64,000 nt of DNA, taken from contig NC_134027.1 of assembly GCF_964204645.1 (NCBI RefSeq), positions 22,034,560 through 22,098,559 of the forward strand, read 5' to 3'. How positions within the stretch are numbered: position 1 is the stretch's first letter; every line of letters starts with the position of its first letter. Under the pieces are notes generated by a model. It did no database searches. It saw only the letters and a program-made list of their open reading frames with translations, and had not been told where the DNA came from. The stretch comes from Tubulanus polymorphus (Eukaryota; Animalia; Nemertea). Below are positions 37,440 to 47,504 of the stretch, piece after piece. Made by a program: the position numbers and the translations under genes.

Positions 37440-39869
37440 TTACGCGGGGCCTTTCACGACGACGATGACGACGTGGTCGTCCTTAGCCGGCTCCGGGCCC
37501 AAATTCGGCGCGCGCTCGTACAGGAACTCGTGCCCGAAATGGCACGGCGGAAACGCGTGCAGCACGCCGACGGCGTCCTTATCCTTCGGCGCGGACGGCG
37601 GCAACGTCACGACGCCGGCCGCGTCTTTTTGTTTTAAATACGACACGAGGTTCTTCAACGGTCGCTGCTGAATCGACTCGTCGACCGGCTGCGACGACGT
37701 CGGCACCGCCAGCAGTATGCAATGCCCGTGCGGACCGGCGGCGCTGATTCGCTGGCCGACGTCTTCCAGTTTCGGCTGGTCCAAACGCAGACGCTGCGTG
37801 ATGCGCAAACACGACACCTCGGCCGTGTGGTCCTTCATCAAACTGTCGACAAGTTTCATGTCGCCGCGAACTAAATGCATCCTCGACGGAAAGCCGCTGT
37901 TCTTCAACACGAGCACGCCGCTCCAAACCATCGGCAAACACTTCACCAACTCGGAGAATTTCGTCACGTGTTTCAAGACGTCGTCGGGTTTCGGTTTTCG
38001 TGACGACGACGACGAATCGGGATGGAGGTTCTCCGACGAGTGGTACGAGCGTCGACGAGGCGAGCCGGCGTCGCGATCGTTATAACCACCGGCGCCGCCG
38101 CCGCGTTCGCGCGAATTATTCAACGGGCTGTCGAAACCTCGATTGTCGTCGGGCATCGGCGTTCTCTTTCCCTCGCAGTTCTCGTCCAGTTCGCCGTACT
38201 CGGGCGGCGGTCCGCCGCAATCCGTCGGATTGTCCGGGTTGCGATAACGATCGTTCGGATCGCGTCGCCGCGAGCCGCCGTCTTTCGCGTGAACGCCGTC
38301 GACGCCACCAGGTGGCGCCGCGTCTCTCGTCGGGTTTTCCAACTTTGCCGTGACGGCCGGGTCGATGAACTCGGGATTCGCGAAGTCGATGCGCAGCCGA
38401 CGATCGGGTCCGCCGAGCGGGAAACCGCGCATCTCCTGATTAGCGGCCTGCGCCGCGTCGATGCTGTCGTACAACACATACGCGTAATTCTTACCGGCCG
38501 TCCACTCGATCTTATTGATCACGCCGAAACGATCGAACTCGCGCTCGAGCGTTTCCAACGTCACCCACGGCCCGAGACTGCCGACCCATAAGCAAGTCGT
38601 CGGCGTCACTTTACCGTAGCCGATCTTACACTGGAAACGGCCGATGTGCTGGCCGGACATGTCCGATTTGGCGCGGTACGCCATGTCCAACGTGAGAAAC
38701 CGTATGAACGCGTACGCGTTACCTTGATTCGGGTTCATCGGCCGTTTGATGTCGACGTCCTCGATGCAGCCGTATCGTTCGAAGATGTTGTACAGCTCCA
38801 TGTCGTCGGTTTCGATGTCTAGATTGCCGACGAACAACGTCCGCGTCGCCTTGTCGTCCTCTTCGGGCGGGATGTGAATCAAGTGATGCGGGAATTTCGG
38901 TTCTTTGCCGCCTCCGCCGCGCGTTTTCTCCTGACCGCCGCCGGTGGTGCCGTTGTTGTCGTGGTGGTGGTCTCGGTACGGCGGGCGATCTTGGTGAAAG
39001 TTGCCCCTGATCGGCGGGCGGTCGTCGCCGCGCGGCAGGCGCCCGCGTAGCGAGTTGTTCCGCGGCGGTGGCGGCGGCGAGATACTGCGCGTCGAGTACG
39101 CGTCCAAGTGGTCGCGATACTCGGGCGTTAAACTTCGACGCACGCCTCCGCGCACGTTCCCGCGCGAAGGCGGTATCATGCGCTCGGTCCGATATCGGGA
39201 ACCGGGCCCGGCGCCCGATCCGCGCGGGTACACCGGCTCCACGCGTACGTCGCAGTCGAACAACAGAAACTTCGGTTTATCGTGCAGCGCGGCTTGCGCG
39301 TCGTCCGGAAACCGGAAATTAATATACGCCAAGCGTTGATGGCCCATGTGCACGATTTTGATGTTGAATTCGCCGTAGCGTTTGAATATCGGGATCAACG
39401 CGTCCTTGACCTCCACGTCCGACGGATCGGGGTCGATTTTACTGACGCAAAGCGATCGAAACTCGTTCATGTCACGATCGAGCGGTATGGAATCGGGCGA
39501 CACGGATCTCGGCCGCGCTGGTCCTCGGTGATAATCGCGGTCCATCCTCGGCGGCAGGGGCGGGTAATCGGGCGGCGTCCGATCGACCATTCCGCGCGAG
39601 CCGTAATAAGGATCGACTTCGCGGCTGCGTCTTTTACCCGACGCGCGTTCGATGTCGTAATCGTAATCCGATCTGCCGCGGGGGTGAGGGGGTGGAGGCG
39701 AGGGCGATAGATCTCGTTTCATACGGGGCGGCAGCGGCCGCGATTCGCGTATCTCTCCCCGAGGATCGCCGTCCGGACTGACGCGTTCTCTCATCAGATT
39801 ATCCCGACTAGAGTAACCTCTAGATCGTTTACTACGCGGAGAATGGTCTAAGTCTTGTTGGCGTTTCAT
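37440..39869 (-). CDS. RBM15: RNA-binding protein 15 / spenito (m6A writer adaptor), single-exon CDS, 809 aa
   Basis: Three RRMs (PEEDDKATRTLFVGNL; KIGYGKVTPTTCLWVGSLGPW; MRGFPLGGPDRRLRIDFA) and a C-terminal SPOC domain (LKNSGFP, LRITQRLRLDQPKL, QRPLKNLVSYLKQKDAAGV, LHAFPPC). Confidence 0.97.
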   Translation of the reverse strand: MKRQQDLDHSPRSKRSRGYSSRDNLMRERVSPDGDPRGEIRESRPLPPRMKRDLSPSPPPPHPRGRSDYDYDIERASGKRRSREVDPYYGSRGMVDRTPPDYPPLPPRMDRDYHRGPARPRSVSPDSIPLDRDMNEFRSLCVSKIDPDPSDVEVKDALIPIFKRYGEFNIKIVHMGHQRLAYINFRFPDDAQAALHDKPKFLLFDCDVRVEPVYPRGSGAGPGSRYRTERMIPPSRGNVRGGVRRSLTPEYRDHLDAYSTRSISPPPPPRNNSLRGRLPRGDDRPPIRGNFHQDRPPYRDHHHDNNGTTGGGQEKTRGGGGKEPKFPHHLIHIPPEEDDKATRTLFVGNLDIETDDMELYNIFERYGCIEDVDIKRPMNPNQGNAYAFIRFLTLDMAYRAKSDMSGQHIGRFQCKIGYGKVTPTTCLWVGSLGPWVTLETLEREFDRFGVINKIEWTAGKNYAYVLYDSIDAAQAANQEMRGFPLGGPDRRLRIDFANPEFIDPAVTAKLENPTRDAAPPGGVDGVHAKDGGSRRRDPNDRYRNPDNPTDCGGPPPEYGELDENCEGKRTPMPDDNRGFDSPLNNSRERGGGAGGYNDRDAGSPRRRSYHSSENLHPDSSSSSRKPKPDDVLKHVTKFSELVKCLPMVWSGVLVLKNSGFPSRMHLVRGDMKLVDSLMKDHTAEVSCLRITQRLRLDQPKLEDVGQRISAAGPHGHCILLAVPTSSQPVDESIQQRPLKNLVSYLKQKDAAGVVTLPPSAPKDKDAVGVLHAFPPCHFGHEFLYERAPNLGPEPAKDDHVVIVVVKGPA

Positions 39870-39953
39870 TTTCGTTTGCTGAACGACGGGAAAACCATGA
39901 ATTTGGGCCGGAATTTGTGGTAAAATATGCAGACTTTGGCAAATTTAACACTC

Positions 39954-39966
39954 GGCGGCCATCTTT
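39954..39966 (-). promoter_or_regulatory. YY1-like AAGATGGCCGCC motif in the RBM15 leader/promoter
   Basis: Minus-strand aaagatggccgcc about 90 nt upstream of the ATG; an opposite-facing caaaatggaggc lies at 40365-40376. Confidence 0.45.
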
Positions 39967-40557
39967 GATAGTAAACATGTATTAATACGCTGAGTGATGC
40001 GGTCAGGGTGTTGGTCGTGATGCGGCGTCCAATTCAATTTAATAATATTCATTATTTTCGCTAATTTTATTCCATTTTTTACCAGCGACCCATAACCATC
40101 ATTATTTGATTATTCAATCTATTATTTATCTCGCAACGCCATTGTTTTGAAGTTCAAGTTAACAAAAACTGTAATTCAACGAACAATTTATCAAAATTTT
40201 GGCTTTTCACTTTTACTAGTTTGGACATAAGTTTTTGAAAATCGTTTTGCGGAATCAACGGTTCATACGTCTATTTTCCTGAACATTTGTTTTTTTAATT
40301 AACATTTTCGGGGTAGATGCGAATACGACTTGGACCGCGCGTCTACAGTCAAGTGTGGAGACTACAAAATGGAGGCAATTTCGATAGCATTTCGATAAGC
40401 ACATTTTTCGATCTGATGGCGTAAAAGGTACAAGTTAATTTCTACTTTCTAACAATATTCAATTTGGAGACGTGCCGTGTGTTTCTTTGATTCTGGCACC
40501 ATTGCTTTCACTGCAGGTCTATGAAAAAACTATTAGGCCTATTGCGAGCAACAACAG

Positions 40558-41228
40558 ATGAGGAGAGAATCCCATTAATAAAAAGTCCGAAAATGAAACT
40601 TCGAGATAGTAGTTTATTCAACGTTTCGACTATATCCTAATAGTCATCTTCATCCTAATAGTCATCTTCAGGAATAATGAGATACTACACTTACTAATGA
40701 GATTCTACTAATGGTTTTTCACCCCATAATAAACTTATATCAAAATTCCTCTGTAAACTGGTTAAACTCAACACTTGATTTCCCCTTTGATTATTTGTTA
40801 TTTGTTCTCTCATCAATTTCGTCTCTGACTTAACTTGTATTCACCTTTGTTTTAATTTAAGTGCCCCCTAGTTTGTCTTTCTTTTTACTACTGACTTTAA
40901 GTTTCATTTATATTTATACTCACTATTGTTGTTTATAATCACCCCTTAGTTTGCTTCCCTTTAATCTATTTTAGCGTGTAACTGTTTCTACGTTAATTTT
41001 CCTTTAGTTTGTATCATCTCTGATTACTTGAATTAGTCTCTTTGTCCCTGGATTGTATATATATCTCATAATTTCTGTAGTATCTCATTATTCCTGAAGA
41101 TGACTATTAGGATATAGTTGAAACGTTGAATAAACTACTATCTCGAAGTTTCATTTTCGGACTTTTTATTATCATTGTGGGATTCTCTCCTCATCGCGTC
41201 AACACGGATATTGTGTTTTACCTATCGT
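40558..41228. mobile_element. Penelope-like insertion, family C, with inverted hammerhead-bearing termini
   Basis: Inverted arms at about 40557-40688 and 41077-41195; 12-bp flanking duplication gagcaacaacag. Confidence 0.8.
41088..41133 (+). ncRNA. Minimal type I hammerhead ribozyme
   Basis: ttattc-CTGAAGA-t-gactat(taggat)atagtt-GAAAC-GTT-gaataa: 6-bp stem I and 6-bp stem II. Confidence 0.75.
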
Positions 41229-41260
41229 GAGCAACAACAGTTTTTAATGATTTTTTTAAA

Positions 41261-41660
41261 ACGAAGTGGCTACTCGTACGGACCCGTACGAATAATTCCG
41301 GTAGGCTATTCGTACGCACCCGTCGGATAACTCTGGAATTATGTGTACGGGAAGGGATAGGGTTAGGGTAAGGTGAGGCTATATGTAGTTAAAACATTCG
41401 ACCGACTCAGCGAGCTCGGTGGTCTAGTGGTATGATGCTGCGCTAGTAATTTACTGGCCCGGGTTCGAGTCTCGCTCTATCCACAATTTTTCTCTAATTC
41501 TATTCTACACACTTTCCTTGAATTTTCCAAGTCGTGCACTCCCTGTACGCATGCGCGGCGTTAATCGCCCAATCAGCGACAGTTATTAGCGTACAGATCC
41601 TAGTCCCGTACGAATAGCCTCCAGAGTAATCCGTACGGGTCCGTACGAGTAGCCACAGCG
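41261..41660. mobile_element. TIR element carrying a tRNA-like head and telomere-like repeats
   Basis: Perfect 25-bp TIR gtggctactcgtacggacccgtacg; gggatagggttagggtaagg at about 41354; A box ggtggtctagtgg and B box ggttcgagtc at 41417-41471. Confidence 0.75.
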
Positions 41661-44166
41661 TTTTTAAAAATGTTTAATGTTGGGGGGGTCGGTATGCAGC
41701 AGGTGGGTATTAGGCTGGCTAGGGCTTTTAGCACAGGTCCAACATCGGGAAGGTCCGAAAATTGTTGTTGGACCAATGGCAATATGTCCAATAATAATGA
41801 AAAACATGGAACTTTTGAAAATTCTTAGAATGTCTAATCTCACATACAATTTAACAAGTAAATTGGAAGAAATGGTCCAAAAACTGCCGAATCTGTTTTT
41901 AGAATAGGTGGTACAAATGCCCATGACCATTTAGCTAAATCCAATCCTTATTAACATAAACACCATAGGCCTATAGAAACTGCAGTTGGAGTGACTTTTT
42001 ACCCAAGACATTGAGCAAGAAATTATCGTTGTAGCATAGGCCTACTCATGAAATATAGGCCTACTCAACAGTTGAAAATTAATCAAATGTATGGTAGGCC
42101 TAAAGCCTAGTTGCAATTCTTTATACAAAATGGGAGCCTTATAAAATATTTTGCATAACCCCCCTGAAGCTAATATACGAACATCTATAGGCCTATATGC
42201 ATTAACAATATAGGCCTAACCTATTTGAGAAATGAGAGGCTAAAACACAATTTTTTCCTTGAATAAACTCCTACATCGTTACAAATAAACTTCAAAGAAA
42301 GCGTCAGACCCTTCAAATTCTTTCTGCAGGTTGTAGATCGAATTTCGAATTTTTTTTGTGTTTTCTCAGATAAAAGTTTTCTAATAGTCGAATGTATGTG
42401 GATGTTTGAAAAAAAGTGAAGCATCAATGGTTATTATCATAGAAAACTCTCAAGTGAGCGGTGTTGAAAAAGGTTTTTACAGCGTTCATATCTCTGCTAG
42501 TTCAATTTGCGGACAGGTTTTAAATCGTAATAAATCGGGATATTTTCTCCATCTGAATGCAGCAGTATTGAATACCCGGTAGGCCTAATTGTTTATGGTA
42601 AATTTCTTCTCTTAATTAGTCTTCATGTTCTGTGGGCCTCTCATAATTTTGTTTAGGACCCAGTACCACAATTTTGAGTTAAGCATTACCAACTTTGTTG
42701 ATCACACAACAATGCGCATGCTCATGAACAACGATCAACAAAACTAAAAAGTGCCTATTAAAATATGAAAGGATGTTTCAAAACGAATTGTATCGGAATG
42801 TGATGCACGGCAATTTAGATTGAAAGAAGATTCCATTATTTTAAATTGCGAACATTCGATCTGTGTAATTTTCAAATTTGAAGAAAATACTTTTTATATT
42901 GACATTTTGCATTTGAAAATTAAGACATTTTCCCATTCAGAATGCGAGTTCAACCGTCAAGTCCTGACTATGCCCGAATTCACAAAATTTTCAGCGCGCT
43001 TTAAGTTGGCTTTACGATGGCCTGGCGACCGTTTGAAAGCGGTTTTAGAATATTTCGAATGTGCTCATTTTAACGATATCAAATAGGCCTATGTTACCCT
43101 TTAAGAATATTTTATCGTTGACATTTTTTGTCTGAAAATAGCATGTTCAGGGGCTGTAAGTCGATGGGCAATTAGAAATGAACTCAAAGTCAGCAGATTT
43201 CGTTTATCATATATATATGAATGAAAACTTCAGAACATCTATCTCCAAAAATAAAAAGGTTTTACGCTGGTGACCGTTTTTAAGTCATGTTTTTCTAAAA
43301 AGAACAATCACTCCATTTTGAAAAAAACGGATCACTGTTGCTACGCTACAAGGTCCGCAACAATCGAATACAAATCAATGGCAGTGCGTGCAGCGGCCAG
43401 ATATTGCACTATTATGACCGAAATAGTTGGTAATGATTTGACTAGAGTGAACTCTGGATTTTAATTCGGAGCTATAACTCACAACTGTGGAACTGGGTCC
43501 CAAAGATCACTAATGGGACCATTCATTTATTACGTATACGCACGTTTTAATGTCTGAATGCATACAAGTCTGTACCGGGGAGGTGGGGGGTCAAATTATA
43601 TGTTGTATGTACACTGATATGTCATCTGTACGAGTAATCTGTAAGCTGAAAATACTAAAAATTAACAAGTTAATTTCAAAGGAAACAATAAACATATTTT
43701 CCCACGTACATACGCAGGAGGGGAAGGGGGTGGCTCTGAAGTTATGCTTGTATACAGGGGGAGGCGGGGTTACAAATTGGAATTTTATGCGTACATAATA
43801 AATGAATGGTCCCAATAGCCGCGATCACATGGTTGCCAAATTTGGCCCGGCCACAACTGTTCACACGGTTGCCAAATCTCAAATTTAGCCGGAACCAGAT
43901 ATGTCGGACCAGGCCCGAGCCAAATTTTTAGTAACGAGTGAGTGGTTTGTGTACGTGAGTTGCATTCTCAAATAAGGCGCTGGCCAAATTTGGTAAGGGC
44001 CTGATCCGTGCCAATTTGGGCGGGCCAAATCCTCCCCATGTGATCATGGCTTTGGCTGATAGGATAAAGCCTTTAAGAGTCAAAACATGAAATTTAGTAG
44101 CCATGGCCTGAGAGACCAGTCAGTTACAATGGTGCTCTAAATGGTGCACTAAGCCTGTCAGACATA

Positions 44167-44467
44167 AGCCGCGATCACATGGAGACGATTTGGCCTGGGC
44201 CAAATTGGCACTGATCGGGCCTGAGTCAAATTTGACCTGTGCCTGATTAGAGAGCGCGTTCACACGTAAACCACTCACTCGATACTAAACAATGCTCAAA
44301 CAAAGCGAAGTGGATCATTTCCGGTACCAGTTGCAATTCAATCGCAATCATTTGTCTAGTGCTAAAATTTGTCTCCCTGGTCCAACGTCTTTGGTCATGC
44401 CAAATTTGGCCCATTTGGCTGCAGATGCCAAATGGGCCGGAGCCAAAAATGCTCGTGTGATCGCGGT
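44167..44467. mobile_element. MITE family agccgcgatcac; other copies at 43817-44051, 49176-49523, 57586-57930, about 7190-7380, and a fragment at 60925-60985
   Basis: TIR gccgcgatcaca / tgtgatcgcgg; shared body aaaccactcactcgatactaaacaatgc. Confidence 0.8.
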
Positions 44468-46594
44468 TACAGTGCACATCCTCTTAAAAATAATTATTAG
44501 TATAGTATAGTATTTATTTTCCACTTGGTTGTTACATTATTGATATTGCATAATATAAAGTGAAAAAATGTAACAAGTAAATGTGGGCTACACGGAGAGA
44601 TCACAAGGATCTATCGGAGCCGCGCCACCCAAAAAAAATAAAATTATTGAAATTTATCGAGTAACATAAGAGTCGGGAAATATATGTTCGAATACAAAAT
44701 AAATGCCGAAATTCGCAATTGTAATTCTTATTTTTCAAATGCCAATATTGATAACATATTGCACATCGACTCGAACAGAACCCCTTAAATAACGCGTGGA
44801 AGTTATCAATAATTTCGAAGCGTACATGTAAACATTGTTGTAATGGTTCGGTTTTTACGGCGTCAAAAAAAAATAATCCTTGAACTGTCAAGTCGTCGGA
44901 AAATGAGTAATGTATTAATCTTATCGCGGCGGTGTTGTTCGCGTCGAACTTGGATTTCGAGAATCCGGCGAGTGTTAAGATCTCTCAGGTGGAATTCTGC
45001 GTGTGTGTGTGTGTGTGTGTTTGAAGACATAGTTGGATGATTGGTCATCTCTCCTCGGCAGCAACAGCAGAAGCAGTTACATTCCCGCATCCTGTTTGCG
45101 ATGATGAAAATACTTCATCATCATCGTCATTATCATCATCATCCGCTCTCTAAACACGAGATGCTCTTCGGATTGGAGGAGTCTGTATCTCCGACATAAA
45201 AATGTTCTATTCGTTTCGACGCGTTGTTTGTAGATAAGATTGTAAAATAGCTGAGCAGAGAGATCGATTTGGGCGTCTTCTGACTGGAGATATTCTTAAC
45301 CGCGTTCACGCTGCATTTTGAAAATGTTCTGAATTTAGTCCAGGGCCGGATCTAAGGTCTGATTCAGGGAGGGGTGCACCCCTGAAATAGCGTGCATACA
45401 ATTAAATCATCGGAAATATGAACTCATTTTTGGAAATAGAAGACTAGCCCCATGACATTTGTGGGGGAGGGGGGTACGCATCCACTCAAACAATTAATTA
45501 TCAAAAAGTTACGGAAATTTATCTTGTCATGAAATATGTTTAATTACATAACCAAATAAATGCTAAAATTCACAATTGTCTTTTTTATTTTTCGCACCCT
45601 CTCCTTGGATCTCACCATGTAGTTCGTTCCATTATAAGAAAAATTCTTCAAATTCTTTAAATTGGCCCGTGTAATTTTAGAATGGACCAACTTAAATAGA
45701 CTAACGAAAAAGTCGGACGCAATAGTTTTAGAATGGACCATTTCTCTGTGTATGAATGGAAACTGCTTGATAAGTCGAGATGGTACATACAATTTCATGA
45801 TTAATAAACTAGAAAATCCGACAATAAGCCCGAAAAAAATGACGAAATGATCGGGGATTTCTACTTAAACTTCGCTTTAATTGCCTGTCAGTCATAATGT
45901 TGCGTCTTACTAGACGACAGCGACAGCAGATATTGAAAAAGGGTGTGAATGCATGACGTTGATTTGGACCATTCTAAAGCCGAACTCAGATTGGTTGCAA
46001 TCAGATCCGATCATCTCCGATTCGGTCTTTTTACTGTTGCTAACCGCCGTTTTGTTTAGCAACTTTTGTCCTGCATTTTTGAATCATATTATTCTCTTTT
46101 TAAAAACTATTCGTGATGCGTGTTTGATCGTGTTTGATCATGTTTCATCGGACAAAAGATAGATTTCGACGATTTTGGCAACGTTCAAACCGTGTGAATC
46201 TAGTTTTCGGTTTGTCAAATTCGTTTCTCAAATTCGCGACAACGCGACATGAGAGCGATAAAAAAACCTCTGGCAAGTTTTTGCCGCTAGCGTAAAAATT
46301 CGGAGCGCTCAACTTTGAAGTTCGTTATTTTTAGAAACAAATTTCGAAATAATTCAAATATTTCAGGAAATGTGCGCATCAGGTGTGCATAAACGTCCCC
46401 TTTCAAGTAAAATTCAAAATTTGAAGATATCTTGCCAAGTTTTCATTCTACTTTACAGCAGCACGTCTATTGCCATTCTGGGTTTTGGTGCTGTTTTTAT
46501 GCGTGTATTTCAGTATACGGGTGTTACTTTCTATTTTCACCGCTAAGTTTCAGCACGGGCTTAAAATGCTCATGCGATTGAAATGAAATAAAAT

Positions 46595-47050
46595 TTGTGA
46601 AATATATTCGATTAAAAAATAAATGCCAAAATTCGCAATTGTCATTTTTATTTTTGAAACCCTGATATTGATGACATAACTCAAACAATTAATGATCGAA
46701 AAGTCAAGGAAATTTATCTAGCCATGAAATATGTTTAATTACATAACCAAATAAATGCTAAAATTCACAATTGTCATTTGTGTTATTTTTGAAACACTGA
46801 TATTGATGACATAGTGCGCATCCACCTTAAACAATTAATTATCGAAAAGTCACGGAAATTTATCTAGCCATGAAATATGTTTAATTACGTAACCAAATAA
46901 ATGCTAAAATTCACAATTGTCTTTTTTATTTTTGAAACGCTAATATTGATGATGTAGTGCACATCGACTCACACAGAACCCCTCGTATAACGCATAGTAG
47001 TTATCAATGTATATAAACATTATTGTAACGGTTTTTACCGCGTCAAAAAA
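46595..47050. repeat. Tandem and dispersed repeat, unit about 150 bp; homologous to 44670-44880 and 45475-45592
   Basis: aaacaattaattatcgaaaagtcacggaaatttatctagccatgaaatatg recurs. Confidence 0.7.
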
Positions 47051-47144
47051 CCATTGGAAATATATTCAACCGAAGAAGTATTTAACTGGACCAACATGAG
47101 GATGTTCATCTTTTAAAGCCGGCTAATTTCTAATCTATTTACAG

Positions 47145-47504
47145 ATGTCGATAATACGCATGTCTGCGTATGGGCCTACGATCATCAGCGTGCGATTAAC
47201 GCAGTCCGTCTCATCGTGATTATTGTTGACTAATAAAAGCGGACTAGACGACGACGAGTCAGACAGACGGACCGACGCATTGATCCGTTATCGTGAGATG
47301 GTCCCCGTTGAGTTTATCAGCGAGATATGTGTGGTGCGTCTGGTGGGTTACTGTTCAGCACTCAGTAATACACTCTCTGAACGAGCGGATCATTACATAC
47401 AACGCGACTCCTCACCCAGTCTGGCTGATTTTATATATATATATATATATATATACATATATATGTGTGTGAGATTTATCGCTGCTTATCCCGATTGAAT
47501 TGAG
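47145..47504 (+). other. Candidate non-coding (5'UTR) exon of a plus-strand gene
   Basis: ctaat branch-like site and tttacag acceptor; consensus donor GAG/gtaagt. Confidence 0.35.

Noticed and set aside
37408-39710. Many overlapping ORFs on both strands within RBM15
   Set aside because: Shadow frames expected from GC-rich codon usage; no recognisable domains.
37440-39869. Intronless RBM15 as a retrocopy
   Set aside because: A largely single-exon CDS is normal for RBM15/RBM15B; no poly(A) remnant or TSD; promoter-like motifs present.
41411-41485. Functional tRNA gene (also 8450-8529 and 9571-9645)
   Set aside because: A and B boxes are present but cloverleaf pairing is poor; each lies in a TIR element or continues into a SINE body and tail.
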